Origin: Camelus ferus
Taxonomy: Eukaryota
Assembly (NCBI RefSeq): GCF_009834535.1
Contig: NC_045697.1
Span: forward strand, 75,766,001 to 75,830,000
Direction of reading: 5' to 3'
DNA length: 64,000 bases
A program made the position numbers and the translations under genes. Below, in pieces: positions 49,902 to 61,900 of the stretch; within the stretch, counting starts at the first letter, position 1, and each line of letters opens with the position of its first letter. The notes below the pieces were generated by a model. It did not search any database. It saw nothing but the letters and a program-made list of their open reading frames with translations, and was not told the DNA's origin.

Positions 49902-50703
49902 TGCTATGGACTGGGTATTTGTGTCCCCTGCCAAATTCATATGTTGAATTCTAATTCCAAAGTGATGGTGTTAGGGGTGGGGCATTAGGCCATGAGGGTT
50001 GACAACTTTAAAAATATAATAGCCAATTATATTACCAGCAAAACTGAGTTTTTTCAGAAATATCAGATGAATTACAACTCAGGATTTGGGAACTATGGTG
50101 GACCATAGGCAAATCCAGAGAGCAAGGAAGGGGAAATTGCCTTGTAGGGAAAAGGAGTTGGGAATGGCTGTGATAATCAAGGAGTCCATTTGAGGAAGCT
50201 TGGAGTCCTAAAGTGTGAAGGATTTCCACTGGTTGGGCTGCTACACTCTCAGATTGGCTGGGCTGTCACGGGCGGAGAGAAGGTTTCTTCTTCTTACTAG
50301 GTGATAAAATAGAGGTACTTTCAGTTGGAGATATAAGCAGAAATCTCTTTCTATCTGGAGTAATTGATGATGTATGGCAGAGCGTGAGAGCTCCCCCTAC
50401 AGGCCTGTCCTAACTCCAGTTTTAGCTCAGGTTCTTTAATTTCATAGGGTGGAACCCTCATGAATGGGATTAGTGCCTTATAAAAGAGACCCCAGAGGGA
50501 TCCAAAGGGCCTTCAACCACAAGAGGACACAGTGAGAAGACACCAGCTATGGACCAGGAAGAGGGCCCTCATCAGAACTGAGCCCTGCTGGTGCCCTGAT
50601 CTTAGACTTCCCAGCCTCCACAACTGTGAGAAATAAATGTCTGCTGTTTATAAGCCACTCAGTCTGAGGTATTTTGTTACAACCACCTGAACAGACTAAG
50701 ACA
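49902..50703 (+). mobile_element. MLT1A-type MaLR solo LTR split by a nested LTR
   Basis: tgctatggactg...tgtgtcccctgccaaattcatatgttgaa...catgagggt | ggaaccctcatgaatgggattagtgccttataaaagagacccc...aacagactaagaca. Confidence 0.88.
50000..50446 (-). mobile_element. ERV1-like solo LTR nested in MLT1A
   Basis: About 447-bp insert starting tgacaac, flanked by duplicated gggt. CCAAT-like attggctgggctg in the reverse orientation. Confidence 0.65.
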
Positions 50704-51565
50704 GTGCTTATGTCTGTAGTTTCTTCAGGGCACTGATTTGTGTCTCATTTTTTAATTTATGCTGAAACACAACTCCAGAACTAGATTCTTGGTGTATTCA
50801 GATACAGTACATTTAATGAAATATTTCCTCTGAAGTAAATTTAGGTTTAAATTAGTGATAGTGATCTGTTTCCTTCAACACAACAGTTGCTCCTAAGATA
50901 AGTATAGTGGGATATGATTTGTGATCAGAAGACAAAGGACAGTTAAAACTAGGTACTGCAAGCTAAAAGATGAACAAAGTAAAGCAGGGTACCATTGTTC
51001 CTTGATAGAGCTCATAAATTCTTACCGGAGACAGAGAGGTGCAAGTCTGCCTGAACTTGTGTTACTCCACTATTAAATGTGTGTTCACCCGGAATTTAAC
51101 CTGGAATAGTTAGATATAGGAAAAAAACTGAAGGGTCAAACCTGAGGAGAGTGAAGCCACACATATTAAAAAGAAACAAAATTAAGGCAGCTAACTCTAT
51201 GATACCTCCAAACACTGGGATGCAAGAAACAGCAAAATAATTCTCTGTTGCATTCAAGAGTAAACCTGGATGAAACAAAAAATACATTAAAATATATGCA
51301 AATACATTTCACCTCTCATCAAACCCTAAACAGGTCATTTTATCTAAAGAGAAAGAGACCAAGATGAACAAAATCTTTGGTATATTTATTCCACTTTTCC
51401 TCACTCTGTGCGTGTTTTCATCTGCATATGTGTGTGATATTTACACACTTGTATAAAAAAAGTCGTTTCATCTGGACATCAAATTAGAGGTACTATAAAT
51501 GTTTGTTAATCAGAATTATGATGGAAAAATCTGCACTTAGTAATTAACTATTTTATTTAACCAAT

Positions 51566-52150
51566 AAAATTAGTCAAGAGTCTTTTGGTTGCAAGTAACT
51601 GAAAACATTCAAATGGATTTTAGCTGAAAGTGACTATTGGCATAAGGATCTGAGAAGCCCAAATGCAGTGCAGGCTTCAAGCACAGCTGGTTCTAGATAT
51701 TCAAGGAATATTAGGACTCTGTCTATCTCTTGTCTTTACTTTCTGCTGTGTCAGTTTTACTCTCGGGAAAGTTTTTATCAAGGGGTATCAGTTTGGTCAG
51801 CAGCAGCCCAGGCTTACATCCTAGCCTAGCAATCATAGCAAAGCAAGAGGAACCAGGAGATGCAAGTCTGTTGTGCCAGAAATTATCCTTAGACTGAGTC
51901 TCATTAGTCTGTCCTGGACAGTGTTCCTGCCTGTTCTAGAACTAATCACAGGACTGGGGAGAAGGGGTGGCATGTGCATGTTCTGATGAACCAAACTGAG
52001 CCTAAGGCTTCTGGGACTTGGGCAGCTCCAGCTGAATAGGGGATGTTATCTGCACAGAAACCACAGGGAAAGTCAAGGGGAAGGGATGGTTCATGGAGGA
52101 AAATTGGGGCTTCTTTTACCAGCATAAGGAGGAATGAAAACTCGGCAAGC
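51566..52150 (-). mobile_element. Old MaLR LTR (MLT1J/K/L-like)
   Basis: ttagtcaagagtcttttggttgcaagtaactgaaaac...ggcttcaagcacagctggttctag. Confidence 0.6.
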
Positions 52151-52384
52151 AACATCTGCATATTAACCTGCTTCATTTCTTACTTACAAAGGTAGACAAC
52201 AAGGCAGGGTGAGGGGTCCAGCTATTTGTGCTTTATAGTCATTTGAATTCTAGACAAGGGAGAGTTTTATCCAATGAAAATAAAATAGGTTCAAGAAAAG
52301 TTTAAGGACTGTGGGAAGGACAGCTAGGTCTCAGAGCAGCTGGTCAAAGAATTGCACTACTGAGGCTTTAAAGTTGATTCCCTT

Positions 52385-52914
52385 TATGTGCCTTTTCTGG
52401 CTTGCCACCACCATTTGAGCTCTTTTTCCCTGTCTAGACAACTTCCTGCCTTTTGATCCACCTCCACGTGGCAGAAACCAGAAAACTCACTCTCCCAACT
52501 CACTCACAGCTGGCTGCAGGCACAGAACCTAGGCTCTCCCAATCACACACGCCCATGAGAGACATCAAATCACAAATGAGCTACACAGTAAGGCAGGACT
52601 GCAGGAAATCCATTTGGGGGCAAAAGTAGCCGCTAAGATGTCATCTTTCATGGTCAAATCCTGGTGTCTCATGTCCACAGTGAGAGGTGCACACTGTAGT
52701 GTCTGGTTTCATTGGAGCCTTTACAGTAAGGCACAATCTCACAATGTGATTCAGGCATTGTTTCTGACTGCATGGCCCCCAAACCTGGCTCTCTAGTTCT
52801 CCAAAGATTTTTTTGAGTTATCTAATATTCTTTAGGAATTGTCTTTTTTTTTTTTTTCCTTAAACTAGTGAGAGTGGTTTGTTTGTTTTGTAAAGTAAGA
52901 GCCTGATTAATGCA
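52385..52914 (+). mobile_element. LTR33-like ERVL LTR
   Basis: ctcacagctggctgcaggcacagaacctaggctctcccaatcacacac...taaactagtgagagtggttt...gtaaagtaagagcctgattaatgca. Confidence 0.55.
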
Positions 52915-52917
52915 TTC

Positions 52918-53321
52918 ACTCTATTTAGTTTGCTAGGTTTGTCATAACAAAGTACCATAGACTGGGTGGACTGAACAACAGAAATTTATTTTCTCGCATA
53001 TCTGGAAGCTAGAAGTCTGACATCAAAGTGTTGTCAGGGATGGTATCTTCTGAGGCTTCTCTACTTGACTCGTAGATGGCTGTTTTTCCCTTGTGTCCTC
53101 ACATGTTCTTTCCTCTGTAACTGTCCGCATCCAGATTTCCTCTTCTTACAAGGACACAAGTCATACTGGAAGAAGGCCCAATCTAATAACTTAATAATTA
53201 ACTTAATTACCTCTTTGAAGACCTTATCTCTAAACATAGTCACATTCTGAGGTACTGGGAGTTAGGACTTCAACATAAGAATGGGACAGGGGGTTGGGGG
53301 GACACAACTCAACCCATAATA
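52918..53321 (-). mobile_element. MaLR solo LTR (MLT1B-like)
   Basis: ataacaaagtaccatagactgggtgg...aacaacagaaatttattttctc...gtcacattctgaggtactgggagttaggacttcaacata...caacccataata. Confidence 0.85.
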
Positions 53322-53658
53322 GTGACCATAGCTGTGGCGGTAATCAGAAAGAGGATCAAGAGTTGAGAGAAGAAATTTACCACTACCACTAAAGAAGAAG
53401 TTGATACACACACTCTACAAATGAAAGCAGAGTGCTGGAATATTTTTACGTGAAAGATAAATTTGCATGCTAAAGTTTATCAAGAACATAGTACAGATAT
53501 AAAAGGGAAAACTGAGTAATTGTTGGATGAGTTTATCAGTTCAAACACTAGATCTAGATTTTAAAAAAATAAAATTTGGTCAGAATTATTTGGATAGTTG
53601 ACTAAACTTTCTACTTACGTTATATGGTGACCCCAGCCCAAGTTCTGTACTTATTTTA

Positions 53659-54281
53659 TTCATTTTTAAATTTTTTAATTGAAGTATAGTCAGTATAATG
53701 TTGTGTCAATTTCTAAAATGTTTAAGCCATATATATATAAACACACATACATCATATATTCCTTTTCATATTCTTTTTCATTATAGGTTATTAAAGGTAT
53801 TGAATATAGTTCCCTGTGCTATACGGTGGAAATTGGTTGCTTATCTATTTTATATATAGTAGTTAGTATCTGCAAATCTTGATTTCCCAATTTATCCCTT
53901 CCCACCCCCTTTCCTTCCTGGTAACCATAAGTTTGTTTTCTAGGTCTGTGAGTCTGTTTCTGTTTTGTAAATAAGTTCATTTGTGTCTTTTTCTTGAGAT
54001 TCCACATATAAATGATATATGGTATTTTTCTTTCTCTTTCTGGCTTACTTCACTTAGAATGACAATCTCTAGGTCCATCCATGTTGCTGCAAATCGCATT
54101 ATTTTACTCCTTTTTATGTCTGAGAGTAGTATTCCATTGTATAGATATACCACAACCTCTGTATCCGGTCATCTGTCAATGGGCATTTAGGTTGTATCCA
54201 TGTCTTGGCTGTTGTAAATAGCCTGCTATGAACATTGGGGCACATGTATCTTTTTGAATTAGAGTTCCCTCCAAATGTATG
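53659..54281 (-). mobile_element. Cetartiodactyl L1 3' fragment with TSD
   Basis: Reverse L1 3' UTR (MWNLKK...NLFTKQKQTH translation). Perfect 13-bp TSD tgtacttatttta at 53646-53658 and 54282-54294. Confidence 0.9.
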
Positions 54282-55734
54282 TGTACTTATTTTAGAAGGA
54301 AGTGTATAGCATGTGCATTAAGAGCATGGACATAGGAACCAGCCTCTTGATTTAGACAAATCACATTTTTGCCATTTAACAGCTTTGTAAAATTTCTATA
54401 ACTCAATTTTTTTATCTTTAAAATGGGGGTAACATAGTAATCATGGAAGTCAAATATGTATTACATGCAAAACATGTAGAATATCCAGTACTCACTAAAT
54501 ACTCAACGTATGGTAACTTTTTATTATCTAAAACAAAAACCCTTTCCAAGTTGTAAACAACTAATACATTTTATTTTTTAAATTTCCCACCCAATACATT
54601 TCAAAGACCAATTGCACTATTTTTCTACTACTTCAATGATTTGACCCTCAGCCTTCCCCTCACATTCTTTATTCTCCCTAAAGGATCCTGTGCATTTGCC
54701 ATTTTCTCTTTCGATCATCCACCCTCATTCAGTGCTGTCCTCACACGTATGTACACACATCTTTAGGAACCTCCTCCTTTCTTTCCTTAAGTTTAAAAAC
54801 TGCTCAGTTAGCTCAGGAAACTCTCTCTCTTGATCTCTGGCTCCAATTTCAAAGAGTCAAGATCTTGACCGTGTTTTGAAATAATCTATTTAGGTGACAC
54901 TAATTTTGTGGGGACAATTCTAAAGGTAAACACTAGATGGCAACATTCCTAAATTGTGGTGTTTTTCCAAGACAGTTTTTGAACATGGCAAATGTTGAAG
55001 GCTTCAAAATGGAACTGTATGATTCTTTAATTACTTAAACTTTTTTTTGTAGCTTTTTAAAAAAAATCAAATAAGCCTTTGGGTCTCTACATAATAACTC
55101 TCTAGTGGCTCATTCTTGAAAATTAAGTATTCTTTTTTATATCTCACATGATAATCTTCACTCTTCTTAAAAAATCTTTTTGAATTTTGGGTTTTTTCCT
55201 TAAAATAATACAAATATAAATTGTGTCTACTTATTCATTATATTGTGTTCTGCTTATTGTATATTAAATAGATTTAGTTCTTTGACATATCTAATATATT
55301 CTTATTTAATTTTATAGAGATCCAAAAATGATGTTTTATGTAATATATGTAACAGAAGAATATATACTTTTTTCTCTTCATGCTTTCATTGTGGAAATTT
55401 GAGCTCAGGGACTGTAAAGTAATAGCTGAGAATTTCCTGATAGTGAGGATTTGGGAGAGCAGAGGTGTATTTTCTTTGAAAAAGGAATTGTATAAATTTT
55501 CCAAATTTCCTTACAAAATTAAAATGTTAACTGGGCAATCATCTCTGGTAAATGTAAAATTTATTAAATAAAAATACATTTTGTCATTAAGGCAAGGAGC
55601 TTTTAATACAAAAGATCATTTATGACTCTAAGATAACAATGGACAAAGCATATGAAAAATAAACTAAGGAAGAAATGCAAAAAGCCAACTACTACATGAA
55701 GAATGTTGCAAATCACTACCATAAAAAAGCAAAA

Positions 55735-56110
55735 GTAATATTATACAAAGTGAAGTAAGTCAGACAGAGGAAAACAAGTATATGATATCATATGTGGAAT
55801 CTAAAAAATGGCACAAGTGAACTTATTTACAAAACAGAAACAGACTCACAGACATAGGAAACAAACTTATGGTTACCAAAGGGGAAGGGGGGACAAATTG
55901 GAAGTGTGCAATTAGCAGATACAAACTACTATATAAAGAATAGATAAACAACAAGGACCTACTATATAGCACGTGGAACTATGTTTAGTAGCTTGTAATA
56001 ACCTATAATGAAAAAATAATATATACATATATATAACCAAATCACTATGGTGTACATCAAAAACTAAAACATCATAAAAAATCAACTATACTTCAATTTT
56101 GAAAAGGAAA
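55735..56110 (+). mobile_element. Cetartiodactyl L1 3' end
   Basis: aagtgaagtaagtcagacagag...gaacttatttacaaaacagaaacagactcacagacatag...aatcaactatacttcaatt. Confidence 0.88.
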
Positions 56111-58124
56111 GATAAAATTTTCCTTTGCCAAAAACATTTGTTTTCCCCCCCTCCTTTATACTGAATATAGTTAATAGCTTGAATTCAAATCCCAGCTCAG
56201 AAATCTACCTAGCTGTGTGACCTTGGCCAAATTTTTTTACCTCTCTTTGCTACAGTTTCCTACACCATAAAATGGGGTTAATCAATAATATGAGAGTTAA
56301 ATGAGCTAATGCAAGTAAAACCTTAAAAGAGTACCTGGTTGAAATGATAATACTTTGGGTATAGTAGGTTAAATAAAATATACCATTAAATTTTGTAAAG
56401 AGAGCACCTGTCATATGTGCTTATCTAATGTATGTATGTAACAGTTATGTAAACACTACATAAATGTTACCTAGTATAACCTCTATGACTTTACTTGTAG
56501 AATGGAAGATTGGGTATAGGATATTTACAGAAATAAATGATGGAATTTTAAAAATTACAATGGATTATAGATGAGCAGGCAAAACAGGACTAATAGGAAT
56601 AACCTAATCTGAAAAAGAAGCAAAAGGACTTTTTAGAAATGGAATTGTTAAAAAAGATTTTTTTTAATCAATAAGCAGGTTAGACATATTTAGAAATAAA
56701 TTCAAATAGATCAATAATTGTCATAAGCACAAATGAAATAAAGTCACCAGTTAAATGACTGATTGTACAATTGTATTTTTAAAAATCCAGCTAAATACTG
56801 TTTAGAAGAGACAGACATAAAACATAAGGACATATAAAGGTTGAAAGTAAAAGTAAGTGAAAAGATATACTTGGCAAATACTGATCAAAGGAAAGCTTGC
56901 TGGCATGTTAGTATTGAGGTAGGTTTTAAGACCAAAATATAAAAACCAAAACCAATAAACTAAAAATGTTATTAAGGAAGACTGAGTTCATCAAGAAGCT
57001 ACAACAATTTAAATTTTGTATGCATCTGATTTTAAAAAACCTTAAAATTTTAAGGCAATACTTGATAGAATTACAGGAAGAAAGTAACAAATCTACCACA
57101 TAATGGAAGATTTCAATGTTCATTCGCTCGTTTTATTCATTAAATGTTCTTGGGTGCCTGCGTACTAGGAACTCTTCTACTCATTGGAAATATGGCTGCA
57201 AATGAAATATAAACATCCTCAACCTTTTCGAGTTTACATTATAATGGAAGGAGAGAGAAAAACACACATATAAATACAGTAAAACCCTATGGAAATACAC
57301 CCAGGATTTCATGAATTCTGAGATTATAGAATGAGTAATTTGCTCCCACCCACCACTTAACCTCCCCCACCCCCACCCCCCGCCCCGGGTAGAACAGAAG
57401 ACAGAGAATAAAGTTCCTATTCTGAGGTGGGAGAAGGGAATATGACAGGGGGTAGTGGAAGGGACTTAGCAAGAAAATAGCACAAAACCCAGAGGGGAAG
57501 TAGAGTTTGAATCCTGCTAGCTCAGTGATCTCCCAAGTCAATGTTCCCAAACTGGGCCAACAAAACTGTTGCCATCTAGCCAGCAATTTCCTGGAATCTC
57601 CGATGCTTTCCTTAATTCCAGTCAGCTGCAGACCCTGAGTCCTTCCCATCAATATGTAAACTGAAGTGGACAATCACCACTAGATGGTGCCGAACTGTAG
57701 TTGGGACCAGGATGTATTTTGGAAAGCAAAGCAAGAGCCCAGGACTGCACGTGGTCTCCTACCCATTTTATTAGTGGTATACAAGATAAGAAATGGTAGA
57801 TTCTGAAAGGCAAGAAAGATAAATCAAAGACAAAAAGGTTGGAAAGGAAGACAAAGGACTGCATTATTTCATAAAGGATATGATAGTTTACGTAAAAAAT
57901 CTAAGACTTACCATAAGATGAACATGCAAAATTCAGTTGCATTTCTGTAAAATTTAAGTACTCAGAACACATTTCTATAACAACATGCACATAGAAAACA
58001 TAATTTAGAAAGAGATTATATTTGAATAACTCATAAATGAGATATCTAAAACTAAATCTAATAAAAGATGTATAAAACCTGTACAGAAAAAAATATAAAA
58101 CATTATTAAAAGACACTTAAAAGC

Positions 58125-58244
58125 GGGGAGGGTATAGCTCAATGGTATAGAGTGCCTGTTTACCATGCATGACATCCTGGGTTCAATCCCCAGTACCTCC
58201 AACAAGAAATTAATAAATAAACTTAATCCCCTCCCACCCCCAAA
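58125..58244 (+). mobile_element. Vic-1-type SINE
   Basis: ggggagggtatagctcaatggta...gggttcaatccccagtacctcc. TSD aaaagacact(taaaag/cagaag) at 58108-58123 and 58245-58260. Confidence 0.9.
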
Positions 58245-58332
58245 AAAAGACACTCAGAAGACCTAAGTAAATGGAGAAATAGACTATGTTCATGGGAAGG
58301 AAGGCTCAATTTTTTTTTAAGTGATTCTCCTT

Positions 58333-58452
58333 GAGGAGAGGGTATAGCTCAAGGGGTAGAATGCATGCTTAACACATACCTGGTCCTGGGTTCAGTCCCC
58401 AGGACCTCCTCTAAATAAACAAATAAACCTAATTACTACCCCCACCAAAAAA
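58333..58452 (+). mobile_element. Vic-1-type SINE
   Basis: gagggtatagctcaaggggtaga...gggttcagtcccc. 13-bp TSD aagtgattctcct at 58319-58331 and 58453-58465. Confidence 0.9.
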
Positions 58453-58637
58453 AAGTGATTCTCCTCAAACTGACCTACAGAATTAATATAATCCTAATGA
58501 AAATATCAACAGAGGTTTTGTGAGACATGACAGCGGATTCTGATATTTATATAGAAAAGGAAGACTATCCAAGGCACTCTTCAATAAAAAGAGGAAACTT
58601 GGCCAATGATGAAGCCGTGATAATTAAGGTTGTTTTT

Positions 58638-58922
58638 AGAAAGAGACTCACAGACATAGAAAACAAACTTACGTTTACAAAGGGGAAAGGAGGGGGGAGA
58701 GATAAATTGGAAGTTTGGGATTAGCAGATACAAACTACTATATACAAACTAGATAAACAACAAGGTCCTACTGTATAGCACAAGGAACTATATTCAGTAA
58801 CTTGTAATAACCTATAATAAAAAAGAATATGAAAAAGATTATATATATATAACTGAATCACCATGCTGTACACCAGAAACTAATACAACATTGTAAATCA
58901 ACTATACTTCAATTAAAAAAAG
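58638..58922 (+). mobile_element. Cetartiodactyl L1 3' end
   Basis: agactcacagacatagaaaacaaactt...tgtaaatcaactatacttcaattaaaaaa, flanked by gttgtttt on both sides. Confidence 0.88.
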
Positions 58923-61900
58923 ATGTTGTTTTGGCAAAGGGAAGGCCGAATGATCATTGAACAAAAGAGAGGGCCCAGAAAGACCTAACAGCATATGGGA
59001 ACTTGATATATGACAGATATATGGCAATGCTGATCAGTGAAGAAAGTTTATACTGAGATTAAATGAATAGATGAGTTTCTTCTGATAATAAATAAATAAG
59101 GAAGAAGGAAAAATTTTCCCGTATAGTAGAATCTCATGTAGAAGGAATGATGGAGGTAAAAAATCACCATTTGGCAACTATTACAGTAGTAATTGATTCA
59201 GACAAAATTGTCAGTGGACGTCAAAACTAATGGGTTGAAATCTGATGAAAAATAAGATAGCTACAGATTCTCAAATTATCTCTCCACAAATTACTTATGG
59301 GAAAATAGTGCTTTCAGAGAGGATAAACCTAGAAGATACCATCTTAACCTTTGTAATCTAAGTTGACATTACCAAAAGTGGAGAATACTAACACTATCTG
59401 CTTCCTCAGTGTTACACTGAAAAGGCCTCAACCTCACTTATCCCTGCCAAAAAGTCATCGTCTAAGTCTACTTATGAAGAAACATTCCATTAAGAAAATC
59501 AAGAGGAAAACTCACATTGAGGGATATTCCACAAAATCATTGGCCTGAACTGTTTAAATATGCCAAGATCAAGAAACACAAAGATTGACAGAGGAACAGT
59601 TCCAGACTAAGTGAGACTGAAGAGACAACTGAATGTAATCATCAATCCTGGACTAGAACCAGTGGTGGGGGGATGCACATGGGAGGGGTGAAGCAGGGTA
59701 TTTATTAGGATATTTATTAGGTGAAATTTGAAAATGCGCTATAGATTAGATATGGTAATGTACCAGTGTTAACTTTTCTGATTTTGAACATTGAATGTCC
59801 TTGTTTTTAGAAAACACACACCCAAGTATTTAGAGGCAGGAGGATGTAACATCTGCAACTTATTCTCAAATGATTCAGAAATAACAACGGTAACAATATG
59901 CATAGAGAAAGAGAATGAGAAAACAAACATGGAAAAATGATAGCAATTGTGGGATCTGGTGAAGGATATACAGGAATTTTTTTGTTCTATTCTTTAAACT
60001 TCTCTGTGTTTTTAATTATTTTGAAATAAAAAGTTAAAAAATAGCAAGGAAATAATAAATAACAAAACTGAAAACAGTGGTCACTTCTGGGAGTGATGGG
60101 AGAGGCCTGAGAGTAGGAGGGGGAGGAACACAAAGGTAGATGCAACGGTACTGATTACGTTCTAGTTCCTAAATTAGATGATGGGATTATGGACATTCAT
60201 TTTGTTATTTAGCTTCAGCAATTATATATATATACACTCACTATATATTTGTAATATATTTTATATATATACTATATATTTCTGTACATGTAAAATATTA
60301 TACTTTAAAAGATAATAAAAGGAAAAACAAAGAAAAAGATAACAAGGCATGAATCAGGTGTTATCCAACATGCTGTATGTATGAGCTGTGTGCCCTTGAA
60401 TGTGTTTCTTTTCCACTGTGAGGTTGTCCTCAACTACAAAAAGGGGATAAAAGATCTACTGTGTGGTTTTGTTGTAAGGCTCTTGGCTGTGAGTGCTCAT
60501 TAAGTGGTGGCTGCTCTTGGTATTTTCTCTGACAGAGCAGAGATAAGGGGAGTACACTTACAGCAGGGGGCTGGATCAAAGTGAGAGAAATTTGGGTAAG
60601 GAAGTTTTCTAGGGAGTAAAACTGAGCTAATGTTGGAAATCATCAAGTAACTTTAAAGCCAATAGGCCGTGTGTGTTTTTCCCCAACTGTGCTCCACAGT
60701 CTGGAAGTAAGACTTGGGAAAAACAGATACTGATGTTGGAAGGTCTACAGGAAGGTCAACAAAGCAGAAAGGCTGCTGCGAGGGAGGCAGATAAGACAGG
60801 TCAGGGCATCCTGCTGAGGCAGTGGGCTTTCTCTCATCTAAAACTTTGAGAAAAGAGACACAATTTAGAAGAAGTAGAAGGTATAAAGTGAGCTGATAAT
60901 TTACTAGATGAACTAGAGACTGTATGAAAGCACGCCTAACAGAATAATGCTTTTCCAGTCCAGGATAAGGGCATCTGTCAGTGGCCTTGAGATGAGTTAA
61001 GGCCGTGGACCCAAGGCCACGATTACAACATGTTTGTAGTATGAAGTAAATAATGATTGTACGCATGGGTTGGTTATTTAAGTTTTAGAATAAAGAAAAT
61101 AGAAGTACGCATGCACTAGACATATTCCATAAGCCTCACAAACAAAGAAAATGGCACTGCACATGTGCTGGCAGAAAACAGATAAAAGCAGGACAGCTGC
61201 ACCACAGAGCGTGCACACCACCTTGTGGAAACAGAATAAAGTGCTGTAAACTCCATGTTTGCTCTGGGTGAAGTCTGTTTTGCCATATGGTAGCTCCTCC
61301 TGCATTTTTTCAGTTACGCCACTCACCTCCTAGAAACCCACTTCAGCCTCCCTCAGCTGACAGCATCCATTTCTACCTTTTATGTATCAAAGGAAAAGTA
61401 ATTCTTACATGATATGTGTACACCTAGATTGGACAAATTCCCTCATAGTTTACCTACATTTTATATACCAAAGCCCTTAACAAATTGCAAAAAATAACAA
61501 AAAAGCAAGCAAATCTGTATTGAGCAGACACTTCATTCAAAGATAGCTCTGCTGTACCACTTATAATAGAGGAGCTGCCATCAGCCAGCCCATGATTGAT
61601 TGAAATTTTAATTTTTCAGTATTAATTGCTTTCTGAGTATATACACACAGCTAATTTCAGCCTATTGTGCTTGAAACTAAACTCAGAAAGTATAAACAGT
61701 AGAGGAAATTTGATGATGCTTATACATTACTAACAGTCAACTCAGTGAAAAATAAATAAATAATTTCAGTTGTCTGGCATCTCAAACCATAAATGTTTTT
61801 CGATACGGATAGTATACAGAGACAATCTGTCACCCTAAAGTACTAGAAATACTGCCAAAGACTCACTACACTAGTTGTTGGTGTATGGGAAATTCTTTTG

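Larger units (their letters stand above)
56700..60310 (+). mobile_element. Fragmented old L1 (endonuclease remnant about 56700-57120; ORF2/3' UTR about 57810-60310) hosting younger insertions
   Basis: aaaggttgaaagtaaaag...aaaagatatac, cttgatagaattacaggaagaa, gaagacctaagtaaatggaga, and L1M 3' UTR motifs. Confidence 0.6.
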
